A stretch of DNA of 63,454 bases, the filler included, from Octopus bimaculoides (lineage: Eukaryota), in the NCBI RefSeq assembly GCF_001194135.2. It is 4 parts of 3 records of this genome, joined end to end, with 100 filler letters (N's around TTAATTAATTAA, not from the genome) between each part and the next. Parts side by side here need not be neighbours in the genome. Positions count along the whole stretch, not along the records: positions 41,835 to 62,123 come from NC_068985.1; positions 62,224 to 63,454 come from NC_068985.1; 2 more parts are not named here. One strand, 5' to 3'. The translations under genes were made by a program, and so were the position numbers. Position 1 is the stretch's first letter; each line of letters opens with the position of its first letter. The notes beneath the pieces are model-generated. The model was given only the letters and a program-made list of their open reading frames with translations. It had not been told where the DNA came from and ran no database searches. Shown piece by piece: positions 51,278 to 63,454 of this stretch.

Positions 51278-52349
51278 ACATCACTTGATATATACTTGCT
51301 TCTTCTAAAATATAGGGTCATATTTGAGTATAATTAGGCTGTTATTTCCAAAAATTAAACAGCTTGTGATAGATAATCTTTAGTTCATTCTAAACAATTG
51401 ACTTGTTAATGGTTTAAGCAAAACTGTATGAATTATTAATTAATACAGCGAATTGTAATGTTGCCCATTGGCTCTCACTCTCTTAAAAGTCTAGTAAATT
51501 TTGTTGTCATCTCATTTGATTCTAGTTTCTACTTATTCTATAGATCATCATTCATTGAACTGTTAAGTTATACAGCATTAAGAAATACAATAATAAAAAA
51601 ACGCACTTGTTTTCAGAACTGTGGAAACATAAGTATGGATACATATTTATAATAATGAGACAGTTTCTGTCTCCTAAATTCCATTCACAATGGTACTGGA
51701 CAACCTGGGGCTATAGTTGAAGAAATTCGCCCAAGGTGCTGTACAGTGGAATTGAAACTAGAGGAACCATGTAGTTGCAAAGTGAACATCTTAGCCACAA
51801 AATTCTTTTTGTCTTCCTTTTCTATGGGTACCATTCACCTATTACATACTGCACATTTTCATCTGTTAGTTATCATCCATTCCCACCATATAACCATATC
51901 AATGCAACTGCCATTTTTGCCTGCACACATAAAAGCCCTCAACACCCAGCCACTCTTTCAGCTTTTGTGCTTAGCTCTTCATGCTTATTAATAATAAATA
52001 AATCTATTTGCCAAAACCCAAATACTATTTTGGTGTCAAAGACAAATGTTTTGTCCAAAATGATTTAGAGACAACTGAAATGGAGAATTGCAGCATATGC
52101 CCATCCCAAATTGAGTTTTGCAAGTTAACTGTATTAATAATTCAATCTTTAATCCACACTAAATGAGACTGTAATTGTAGCAAGTCAATGTTATTGAAGC
52201 TGAAAGAAACTGTTCATTAAGGGGAAAAAAGTAAGTCACAAGAAATATTTGTCTTTTTGCAGTTTTTATTTATTTAAGAATATGTCTACATTTCAAAAGT
52301 GAACAGGAAAAGGTTAGCTCTTTATTTCTAGTCCTAAAATTTACTGGAT

Positions 52350-52400
52350 TCAACGTTTCTGTGGAGTAATCCAAGCATTAAAACATCCAGTCTGATACAT
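52350..52400 (-). CDS. Terminal coding exon of a COX7B-like (Deltameth_res/prag01-domain) gene: MYQTGCFNAWITPQKR*
   Basis: Strong acceptor tatgtttatttcaatttcag. Phase 0 matches the upstream exon. TGA stop, with AATAAA 24 nt downstream (52321-52326). Confidence 0.8.
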   Translation of the reverse strand: MYQTGCFNAWITPQKR

Positions 52401-52944
52401 CTGAAATTGAAATAAACATACATTTAAGAAAGGAGAAAATAATCAACATTTTCTTAGATGTTTGGAAAAGAAATAACATCCCACAAAAATAAATAAATAA
52501 ATAAAATAAGAAAATAAAAACTGATGCAGGTCCAAAAAACATGGAAGGTTTTACAGCTGCTCAGACATAAATAAAGTGGTGTAATAATGACAAAGGTAGA
52601 GACAATGGTGGTGGTGGTGGTGGTGGTGGTGATAATGAAATATTGATTGGGTGTATTTTTAAGATATCCCAGTAATGTACACACAACACTGTTGAGTAAG
52701 GTTGAATGCTCGTTCAGTTAAACATTAAGCCCTGCCAGTCAACACCTCCAAACACTAACATGGTGAGCCAATGAAGGAGCCTCTAGATGGTGGCTCAGTC
52801 TCCTAGAAATAACAGCCAAAATTCTGATCAAATAAACAGGTAGTCAGTTAAGTGAGCAGGTGCAACTCATAGATCTAGTGTTTCAAATATACTATGCATC
52901 CACAGAGCTGGGGACCATACAGCACACTTCAATACAGTGGTTAA

Positions 52945-53167
52945 GCCTTTTGATATCAATCCACCCAAGACTTCTCTTGGTTCCAGGTATAAGCTTTCTG
53001 TTTTAAACTTATCTAAATTAAAAACCTTCCATCAAAATTCCATGTTAGTTTATGTTTCAAACTCTAGCTTAATAATGATAAGGTTATCTTATTAAATTGT
53101 TCATTAATTACAAAATTAATCAAAATATATGCAGTGTATTTCAAAAAGAAACAAGTAAATGAAAGGG
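52945..53167. mobile_element. piggyBac-like MITE (TTAA flanks)
   Basis: TTAA|gccttttg ... gaaaggg|TTAA; the left end is degenerate. Confidence 0.55.
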
Positions 53168-55126
53168 TTAATTGTGTGGGGTGAAGTTTTACTGCATTAA
53201 TGAACATATATCCTCAATCTATTTCCCTACAGATGTAGATTCTAGTACTAACTACAGTAGGGGTAGGTAAGATGGATCAATCAAAGCACAACAGTTGTTA
53301 TTTCTGTGCACTTATCAATGGCCATGTGCATCCTAACATAGAGCTTTTTGCTATCTTTGTGTACATGCAATTTTTGTTTGTCAGGACTGAGTGAGAGAGA
53401 GTGTTGTATAGTGTTCTGAGCTGTAGATTTTTGGAAGTGATTGTGCAAATAATAAGCAAAGACGGTGAGGGTTGGAGTTTGCTGTAATAACAAGCAATAT
53501 GTCTCACATGACCAGGCAATCTTTCATTTTTATTACGTTTATATCATTATGCAAGTGGGGAATGTGTGCAATTTGTAATGATGTGCAGTATGATGATGAA
53601 TATTTTGTTTATTGTAGTTTATTATGGTTTGTAAAAAGATTAAACCCAGATAGAACTGGTATAATCTCTGTATTGTTTGTATCCTGCTGTGGTCTCTTTG
53701 TGCTGTAAATGTTGCAGATATGTTTGTCTAATTCCAGGTAGTTGTGTCTTTACTGTAGATGTACTATGTTTATGTTGTTGCAGACTGAGCAGACCAAAGG
53801 GACCCTAGTTACGACCATCACATGATATAAATCTAAGACTAAGTAATCCAGTTGACCTTCCTTTTTAAAATGATAGGGTGTGATATGAAGGACTGCCATT
53901 TCCAGCAAGATGCAGAGGCTCTTTCATTAACTTAGTGTATGTTTATGATGATGATGATGAGTATAGTGGTTGATTGTAATTGATTGAATATTGCTGGCAA
54001 AAAGATGACTGTTGTAGCAATTTAACCACAAGTTAGCCATTATCAAAAGAATTGTAGTCATGATCCTTAGATTCCCAAAGAGCAGAAAACTGAAGACAAC
54101 ATTATCCAACATTTCTTCCATACAGTAACTAATTTGATTTCAGTACTTTATTTAAGTAAAAAAAGCACTCAAGAATATTTTGAATGATGAAAGATTTAGT
54201 AGTGTAAACACAAATGCAAAATACCCTCATTTACAGGCATACACATGTATATACATTAATTTGCTATCTGCAATTATATACATTTGTTCTCTACAATTAT
54301 TATGAATCAAAACGTAAATTTCAGTTGAGGGCCAGCAAAAACAAAGGTGCAATTTTACCTCCCTTCAAGTTCAGACACTTGAAAGATCTAACCCTAGGCT
54401 TCCTGGTCAGGTTCTGTGGATCCTAAATTAAGAGCAGCTAACTGGGAAAGGAAGTGAACAAATTACAGGCAGGTGTTTTCAAATCATTTTCAAAATAAAA
54501 TGATTTGGTATTTGGTCACTATACAGTATCATCATCATCGTTTAACGTTTTTATTTTAGCAACAGTTGAAATATTTTGAAGTATTTTGTTATGCTAAGAT
54601 AAGATAAATGTCTTCATCATCGTTTTTATGTTCACTTTTGCATGCTTGCATGAGTAAGAAGATTCAATGCAAGAGACTATCTATGGTTGGATGCTGTGTT
54701 TTTATCACCCACTCTCTTCTATTTACAAGCAAAGTAATATTTCCCCATAGTTAGACATTTACACAGAAACTTGGGAATGAAGGACACTGCATATATAACA
54801 ATGAGACTTGTTTACAACTATCCCATGATGTCAAGACAATGAGATTACACACACACACACACACACAGAGGCTTCTTTCAACTTCTGTCTATTAAATCCA
54901 CTTGCAAAATTTTGTCTGACGCAGGGCTATAGGAGACACTTGCCTAAGATGCGCCAAAAAGTGGGAATGAACCCAAAACCATATGGCTGGGAAGCAAACT
55001 TCTCAACCACACAGTCTGTTCACTTTTGTACAGTTTCCTTGATTTGTGCAAAAGTGAGCTGCCAAATTCTCTCGAACTTTTGTCTCCATGAAAACCTTTA
55101 TGCATTTCATTATCAGTAATTATTAA

Positions 55127-55342
55127 CCCTTTAGCATTTAAGCCAGCCATAACTGGCCCAAATATTATAACTGTTTTATGTTCAAACTAGCCAGATCTGG
55201 CCTCTCACACCTACTTGACAATGTCAACCTAAAATTAAGCAATCATATCACCAAAATTTCCAAACTACAAGATAATGCATGAATAATTCAAAACAATGTG
55301 AGTAAATATCACATTTGATAGAGTAATCTGAATGTTAAAGGG
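55127..55342. mobile_element. piggyBac-like MITE, 216 bp
   Basis: TTAA|CCCTTTAGCATT ... AATGTTAAAGGG|TTAA; a fragment of the same end occurs at about 58503. Confidence 0.8.
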
Positions 55343-56490
55343 TTAATATTCATATTTCCTGTAATTTAAGCAATAGCTTTAAATCATTCAGCCATGTTAT
55401 AAACAGCTGATCTCATATCACACGAATCTAGAGAAATATGTTTGAAAGAAAAGTGGGGTAAGAAACATTTTGACCCTCAAGTGATTCATCACCATCATTT
55501 GGTCTTTGGATTCTTTTATCAGAGTCTACTCTGTTGAAGCATTCAAGCCAAGCCTTCAGAGAGGACATGTTAAACACCCCACTCCTTCCTTTCTTTTTTT
55601 CCAAAATTTCTTTGGATTCCTCTTTTCAACAAGGAGATAACAATTTTGACTCCCACAAAACAGCTTTTTTCAAAAAATAGGAGGAAATTTCAGTTTCCCT
55701 CTATCCAACCAATATTTTCTTCAAAATATTGGTATGGTAGCTAGAAATAACAGCCAAATCTTCCTCAAACTACATACTTTTTACATTTTATTAAATTAAA
55801 GAAAACATTGGATAATCTAATGGGTTAGAGTTTAGGGGCTATGTTTAAGGTTAAAGTACAGGGTTAGGATGTAATCTCCATATTTTTCAACATGAAATTC
55901 TTAAAAAGGTTTTGAAAAAGGTCAAATACAAAACAATTGAGGACAGAGTGGTGATGGTAGTGGTTTTGGGGAGAGGAATTAAAATTTTAGATGTTTAGCA
56001 GGAGGGGAGATGCAAAATCAAAATCTTCATGGTTGAAAATATAAAAATCTAAAGAAATTATTTTTAAATATGAACAAAAAATATCTGGATATCTGGATGG
56101 CTGTGTATTCTGAAAGCTGGGAGAGTGGAAGATAGAATTTTAAAAAATTGGAATCTGTATGTTTTTCAGTGGAATTCAAACAAAAATTAGAAATAAAAAT
56201 TTAAAAAGTTAAAAATAAAAAATCTGTGAAGTGTATGTGTGTGTGTTTGTGTGTGGAGATGCACATTTTGAAAAATATTCTTTTGACAAAACTGGGATCT
56301 CAGGAGTAGAAAAAAGTTTTTTTTACAATTAGAAGCAGAAGCCCCACAGAGGACTGAGAATATTGTCCTTTCTCCTACAAGTAAGGCACACACAAAAAAT
56401 AAAAATAAATAAGATTCAATCAGAATTACATATAATGATGTTAATAAATTAATTTTAATATATGAATATATATAAGCAAGTTGGACTTAC

Positions 56491-56699
56491 GGCAAACCCT
56501 GTAACAATAGCTATTGAAGTAGATATCAAGAGCTGCAAGTTGTACTTTCCTTGGTTCCTTTTATAATCTGTAGACCAAGAACCTTCTGGAATAGGCAAAT
56601 AATCCATATGGGAAAGTGTTTCCTTGTCAATATCTCTGTCAGATTTCCAGTGAGCTGGACCATATCCACTCATGTTGCTGGCTAAAACTGAGGAACGAC
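56491..56699 (-). CDS. Internal coding exon (209 nt) of a COX7B-like / deltamethrin-resistance prag01-domain mitochondrial protein
   Basis: Acceptor ttcttttgtaattctttcag and donor gcc|gtaagt. Encodes RSSVLASNMSGYGPAHWKSDRDIDKETLSHMDYLPIPEGSWSTDYKRNQGKYNLQLLISTSIAIVTGFA. The MDxLPxPxGxW...NxKYN motif plus TM helix matches the invertebrate COX7B (Drosophila CG7630-like) family from recall. Confidence 0.85.
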
Positions 56700-57283
56700 C
56701 TGAAAGAATTACAAAAGAAATAAATTCAGTTATTTAACATTGGTTTCAAAATTTGGCACAAGGCCAGCAAGTTCTGGGTGAGGATGTAAGCTGATTATAT
56801 TGACCCCAGTGCTCAACTGGTACTTATTTTATTGACCCTGAAAGGATGAAAGGCAAAGTGAACTAAGCATTTTGCCCGGTGTGCTAAAGATTCTGCCAGC
56901 TCACCATCTTACATGCAGCTGATTAATATTGGTCTCAAACTTTGGCACAAGACCAGCAATTTGGGGAAGAGTGTAAATCAATTATACTGACCCCAGTGCT
57001 GAACTGGTACTTATTTTATAGACCCCCAAAAGGATGAATGACAGAGTAGACCTCAGTGGAATTTGAACTCAGAATGTAAAGATGGATGAAATCTAAACTA
57101 AGCATTTTGGTGCATACTTAGGAATGCAGAGTCTGTTTAGTTGACATCCAGCACTTCATTAATACTCTATTTCATCAACCATGGAAAAATGAAAGGCCAA
57201 GTTGATAAGAAAGATTTGAACACAAAGTGGTTTAGAATGTTAAACGAAATAAAATAAATAATAAATAAAACAATAATCTATAC

Positions 57284-57558
57284 CAGGGGTTTTCAAACTT
57301 TTTGACTTGCGGACCCCTTTATATTTCAGGCTTTACCTTAGGGACCCCCTTATAAATGCTTATGAAATTTATACATAAATATTTGCTTAAAATAATATAT
57401 ATCTTTACATTTATTTATTTAACAGTATTTAATAAATAGGCTTATTGTCAATTAAAAGATTTCGATTAAAAAATATATATAAAATCAAATTGCCCATAAA
57501 AAGTATTTGCTGTCTACAGACCCCCTGTTGTCCACGGACCACAGTTTGAAAACCCCTG
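57284..57558. mobile_element. hAT MITE, 275 bp
   Basis: 16-bp TIR caggggttttcaaact/agtttgaaaacccctg; 8-bp TSD ATCTATAC at 57276-57283 and 57559-57566. Confidence 0.93.
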
Positions 57559-58789
57559 ATCTATACAACCACAACTGTAATTTCATTTTTAAAAAATGAC
57601 AGTTTTAGTAAAATAATTTGGTTCCCACTGCTCTTATTGTCTAATTTCAGATTAGCTGGTTGAAAAACTACTTTTCTTATTGCTCTTTGTAGCATTTTGT
57701 GTCTGTAACACAAGATTGGTAATGTAAATAAAAATATAAAAATCTTTTCAACTAAAATAAATTGAAGCAATAAAGAAGCCTCTACATCAAAGACTCCCAA
57801 ATTTTTCACTATCAAGCATCAGTTTTATTTAAATGAGCTTTCCTGTAGATCCCAAGCTCTAGAAAGTTCTGTGCTCAACAAACCAATTTTATTAACCAAC
57901 TACAAACTTATTTTCCAGTTTCTTTTCTCAAATGAAAAAGATATGTAATTAAATGTAATATGTGAATAATTATACATTTCACATTGCAACTTTTTAAAAA
58001 TTTTAACAAAGTTCATGGACACAAGGCTGGGAATTGTTACTGTACATATTTGAGCAACTTGCAAGAAATACCAGCCAAATCTTCCTCAAAACATACCCTA
58101 CTATTCTGAAAAAGGAAGGACACACTGGATAAGTCCTAGATACCACAAAATCAAGATGCCCATGATATGTCAGCTTCATGAAAGCTCATGAATAACAATG
58201 CAATCATCAAGCTGATGATGGATTTGCTACACAGTTGCTCAATCTAAAATATACAGCAGCCAAATTTCCCTCAAATTACACCCTACTAACTTAAAAATAG
58301 GACACATTAGATTATGAAGTCCAAGATATACTATGAGCATGAATGAAATATCTGTAATTACAGGTTTACTCTATCAGGGCAAACCCTAATTTAAATGCTG
58401 ATAACAATAAACCTTAAAGGATATAAATATAAGGTATTATTTTCCCTGGAAATGGATTGCATTCCCTTAAATTTATCTTCACAGTATATATATATATATA
58501 AAACCCTTTAGCATTCAAACATAGATGTAAGTTGTTTGTTTAGATGTCTGTTTGTGTCTAGTTGCCATCTACACCCATTAACGAATTGCAAACATGTTAA
58601 AGCAACATCCAGTTTGTTACTAGGCTCATTGAAGTTTAATAAAAATCTATAATTGGATAGCTAGGGCCCCTAGAAGGGATCCACATATATAACCAATATA
58701 TTTTCCTTTAACAGCCAAAGGAAATAATTCATTTTCCTAGCCAAGGGAAATAGCCCATTCATTTTCCTTTGACCATTCTAAACACTACC

Positions 58790-61700
58790 AAGCTGAAAGT
58801 TAATGGTCAAGGGATGGAAATTGGTAGATCATGCCCTACAACCCCTTGCTGTCTAAAACATTGCAGGCTCATGTTAATGTTGAATTATGCAACTCTATAA
58901 AAAGTATTAAATATGTATGTAATGTAAATACATCAATAACGGCTCAGATATGGCAGTTTTTGAACTTGAGCAGGAGGGCAGGCAGGCAGATGAAATTCAG
59001 CAATATAAGTTGGGCAGGTATATTTCCTCTAATGAGGGATTCGAAATCCACAAGCGGTGTCCAACAGTGGTGAATCGATCTGTACATCTTAAAAATGACC
59101 AGTGCGTATATTTCACAGAAGACAATGCTTGAAACGTAGTTCTGAATCCACCAGAAACTACTTTCAGAGCTTTCTTCAAATCATGCCAATGTGATCTGTT
59201 TGCCCGAACACTGTTGTATGTTGGAGGTTCCCGTGTATTATACCTGGGCATGCAATAGATAGAACAGATGCAAGCAAGGAGCATGCATTGAGGGCTGAGA
59301 AGAACATGCTGTCTTCAGAAGTGGGGCAATCAGGCGGGTGTATACTGTGCACCCTAATCAGCAGGAGCACTTCTTTCTGCATCTACTGCTGCACACTGTC
59401 AGACCTTCAAAGAAGCAATGGGGAAGTCTGCACAACCTACAGAGAAGCCTGCACCAAACATGGACTACTAGAGGACGATGCTCACTGGGACCAGACACCA
59501 GGAGGAGGCAGAGGTTAGCAGAACACCAAGTCAACTGTGCCAGCTATTCTCTATCATGTTGATGACATGTGGCTTGGGTGAACCTCTCAAGCTTTAAGCA
59601 ACCCACAAAACCAGCATGGCAGAGGACATCCTACAAAGGATTCAAAGGCAAATCTCAGCAGAAATTGCCACGTTTAATAATGCCATTTACAATAACACAT
59701 TACTTGACCTGGACACCTGAGTGCAAGCTATGGGAGGTCAAGGCATTGCAACATTTAGTCTGTCTCAACCAGAGCAGGCAGCAAACAATCTTGCAATTGA
59801 GTACCTGTGAGAAATCAGCAATGACATTTAGGAAATGACAATGTATGTAGCCAATAACGAACACCAACTGATGGAGGACCAACTGGGTGTTTATAAGACC
59901 ATTATTTCGAGCATTGAAAATGAAAGAGGAGGTCTTTATTTTGGATGCTCCAGGTGGAACTGGCAAGACAGTTGTCATCAACTTTCTTCTGGCTAAACTG
60001 CGCCAAATAAAACATATTACCATAGCAGTGGCGTCAAGTGGAATTGTTGTAACTCTTCTAAGTGGTGGCCACACAGCTCATTCCGGTTTCAAACCCCCTT
60101 TGGATCTGTCCAAGAAAGAGAAGGCAAACTGCAACATCAGTCATGGTTCTATAAAAGCAAACTTCTGGGTGAATGCCAGTTGATCATCTGGGATGAGGTG
60201 ACAATGAGCCATAAGGTTTCCTCTGAAGCTCTTGACATGGCCCTTCAGGATCTGAGACACAACATCAGGCTCATGGGAGGTGCCACAGTCTTGCCTGCAG
60301 GAGATTTTAGACAAACCCTTCCTGTGGTTCCAAAGACAACAAGAGCTGATGAGGTAAATGTCAGCATAAAATCGTCCTACCTATAGAGCAGTGTGCAAAA
60401 ACTAAGAATCACAACCAACATGAGACTGCAGCTCAGTGGTGATGATGCAGACAAAACCTTTTCAAAGCAACTGCTGGATGTTGGTAATGGCACTTTGGCT
60501 GGCGAGAAGGATGGCTGGGTAAGCCTGCCTTTTGGACATATGGTATCTGATTTAAAGGAACTAATGAATAAGGTGTTTCCTAACCTGAGGAATCAGTTTA
60601 CAGACCACAACTGGCTGAAAACCTGTGCCATTTTAGCTCCAAAGAATGTGGCAGTTGACAATCTGAATATCAAACTTCTGGAACAGTTGCTAGGTGAGCA
60701 TTACATCTATAATTCTATTGATACTGTATTCAACATCGATGAAGCTATGAATTATCCAGTTAAATACTTGAATAGTCTAACACCACCTGGCCTCTCACCT
60801 CAAGATTGGGGCACCAGTTATGCTGCTTCAAAACCTTGATCCACCAAAGCTTTGCAATGGCACTCGACTTATAATAAAGAAAAGGATGCTAACAGTCTTG
60901 GACACAACAATTTCGACTGGTAAAACGGTAAGCCTGTATTCATTCCTAGAATTCCACTTATTCCCTCAGATATGCCTTTTCAGTACAAGCACCTGCAATT
61001 CCCATTGAAACTAAGCTTTGCAAGGAGCATTAACAAGGTCCAGAGGCAGTACTTGGATGTGGTAGGTCTGAGCTTTGCGGAACTAGTTTTTTCCTATGGC
61101 CAACTTTATGGGAGATGCTCAAGAGTCAGCAATCCTAATCTTTGTTTATTTATGTCCCACAAGGAAAGACCGAAAATGTTGTTTATTAAGAAGCTTTGCA
61201 AACTTAATAAGATTCACCAAATCATCAGGTATTTATTATTTAACTGCAATATTTGTAAGTGTTGTAAATGTATTCATAATCTACATGTTATTTTATTTTT
61301 AAATCTATATGCAAATTTATTTGTATGTCTACTGTAAAACTAAATGTCAATCCGTTTCTACATTCATTGTAAATCTATTTCAACACTAGCGCCCCTAAGG
61401 GTTATATTCTCTGGGAACACACAAAAGCCCTTTGCAGAGTTATTCACTTTGAATTGTTATTATTTCATATCCGATTAGCCTGTTATTACATAACATGCTT
61501 CACAATTTTGGTATACATACCTTATTGGTATATCCTCCAAGTTCTATATACTCTGGGAACACATTAAAGCCCTTTCTGGGGCTACTTTATTTGAATTTTT
61601 ATCAGGTAACTAATTTCATGTTATTACGTAACTGACTTCATGAATAGGGTATTCATAACTTATTGGGATTTCATAAAAACAAGATACTATGTAAGACAGT

Positions 61701-61838
61701 TTGGTATTCTCTGTAAATGCACAAAAACCGTTTTAAGGGCTACATACTTTGTATTGTTGTTATTGGATTAGCAAAACAAAAGAACAAAACCAAGGGATAA
61801 GCCCCACTTTTCTGGGAATTACCAGGTACATCAGCTAG
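58790..61838 (+). mobile_element. 5'-truncated degenerate Helitron (C-terminal Rep region and PIF1 helicase) with intact 3' end
   Basis: YNPLLSK..AHVNVELCNSIKSIKY, GRYISSNE, VYTVHPNQQE.FFL.LLL, LDAPGGTGKT, IIWDEVTM, GDFRQTLPVVP, NLDPPKLCNGTRL, QFPLKLSFA.SINK. The 3' hairpin ctgg-gaatta-ccag (61812-61825) is followed by CTAG|T at 61835-61839. Confidence 0.92.
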
Positions 61839-61854
61839 TATGTGTATATAGATT

Positions 61855-62060
61855 TATGTGTGTGTCTTTGTCCTACCACTGCTTGACAACTGGTGGTAGC
61901 ATGTTTAGGTCCCCATAACTTAGTGGTCCAGCAAAATAGATCGATAGAATAAATATCAGGCTTTAAAAAGAAATAATTACTAGGGTTGATTCATTTAACT
62001 AAAAATTCTTTAAGGTGGTGCTCCAGCTTGACCAGTCTAATGACTGAAACAAGTAAAGAA
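61855..62060. repeat. SINE family A copy (CpG-decayed)
   Basis: Aligns with 36320-36495. Confidence 0.8.
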
Positions 62061-62082
62061 ATAAAAGACATATGTGTGTGTA

Positions 62083-62123
<41 letters not shown>

Positions 62124-63019
62124 NNNNNNNNNNNNNNNNNNNNNNNNNNNNNNNNNNNNNNNNNNNNTTAATTAATTAANNNNNNNNNNNNNNNNNNNNN
62201 NNNNNNNNNNNNNNNNNNNNNNNTAAAAGCAATAACATTATGGATAAACATTAAAATTGAAATTCTTAAAGCATCTTACCTGTATAATTTGTTACTAAAA
62301 TTATCCCAGATGTCAACCAACAAAACTTCTACCACTTTTCAAAAGGGGGTACATTAATTTGAATTAATTGAAATATAGGTATAATTAGTACAAGATTTTA
62401 TTCTTTTGGTAAATATTTTGTACCTCGGTGTGGAATAATTTTTTTCCACAGTTTTTTTGCGGGTGCATTCAAATTATCTGACCTCCAAACCTGCTGCAAG
62501 CCACTTTTTCTGGAAAAGAAAGGTGGGAGGGGTGGTGGGGACCTCGAAGTTTCCCACAAAGGGAGTTTTGTTTATTTTCTTTTCCAGATTATTTTGCAGA
62601 CATCAAAATCACGCATAAACGGCTCCTTTCCAGAAAATGAAAGATTTGGCTGCTATTTCTAGCATGCCCTGCTGCGACATAACAGCTATTTGTGTTCACA
62701 CCGAAATAGTTACTCCACTTATGGAAGACAATATTTTCTCTGTTGACATCCACCTCAGCAAGGTCACAGATCAAGTGGAAACACATCAATCACTGTTCCC
62801 TCTTGACAGGACAAAGAAATTTACCACTGTGTTTGCAAGCAACAAGTGTGGGTTTGGTTTCAAATCCAGGCAGGGCCAAACGAGGTCCTACAAATTATTT
62901 ATAATAATAAGTGGCATTATATCAGGGTTGAAAGAATGACGTGTATATTATTAAATATGCTAAGACAATCTGAAAACAATAGAAACTTTTAAATGTTTAC
63001 CAGTTTTTATGAAATTTTG

Positions 63020-63172
63020 GGGTTAACGAACTTGAATTAATGGAAGCTAAATGTAAAGGAAGTTAATTAGTCTGATAATGATTTTCAAAGTTAACTTAAA
63101 AGTTAAGTTGTTAACGAAAATGTTAACTTCATTAATTAACAGTTAATGGATTAATGGATTTACACCCAGCTC
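63020..63172. mobile_element. Possible DNA-transposon terminus with GTTAAC subterminal repeats
   Basis: Multiple gttaac/gttaat motifs ending in cccagctctg next to a (TA)n tract; no partner end seen. Confidence 0.3.
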
Positions 63173-63454
63173 TGTATATATATATATATATATATATATA
63201 AATTGTAAATCCAAAAGAAAAAAATAACAGCAAAACTACAAAGGATTCCGCGGTACACGTGTTTCAAGCTCTACATGTGTATAATATAATATAACATAAT
63301 ATAATATGTGTATAATCTACAATGTAAAGCTATCCTCAGCCGCAAAATTATCTCTCTCCCAGGAAATTATACCATCTCGACATTGAAGTAAGAAGAAATG
63401 TGTGATGTAAGAGGTGAAGATCCTTTCGGTATTCTGTATAGTACTATATCTGGT

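Noticed and set aside
53385-53464. Plus-strand segment with strong acceptor and donor
   Set aside because: Stops in all three frames and antisense within the COX7B-like intron; no further support.
62590-62940. 100-aa ORF possibly from a transposase
   Set aside because: No recognisable catalytic or structural motif.
63360-63385. Minus-strand ATG TCG AGA TGG (MSRW...) as exon 1 of the COX7B-like gene
   Set aside because: No GT donor in the required phase 1 before the in-frame stop.

Overview
AT-rich, microsatellite-dense, gapped animal scaffold. The SINE families resemble those I recall from Octopus; that assignment is an inference. No prokaryotic features or CRISPR arrays were seen. Most of the window is transposable-element debris: a Charlie/Buster hAT pseudogene, two TSD-bounded Gypsy-type LTR elements that both lack reverse transcriptase, two deleted mariners, CR1-, RTE- and RLE-type LINE fragments, a degenerate Helitron with an intact 3' end, hAT and piggyBac MITEs, three SINE families and a 5S rRNA pseudogene. 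One host gene is well supported: a minus-strand COX7B-like (Deltameth_res/prag01-domain) gene with exons at 56491-56699 and 52350-52400. Its first coding exon was not located. The most notable observations are: (1) a minimal type I hammerhead-ribozyme motif at 13261-13317; (2) a 131-bp perfect inverted copy of the local LTR protease region inserted into a rearranged SINE about 2 kb away; (3) a sharp switch from CpG-retaining to CpG-decayed copies of the same SINE families between about 41 and 46 kb, consistent with a germline gene-body methylation domain; (4) a perfect 24-bp hairpin; (5) a candidate unannotated spliced unit at 31.3-33.6 kb. All identifications are by eye and from recalled motifs; no database searches were run.
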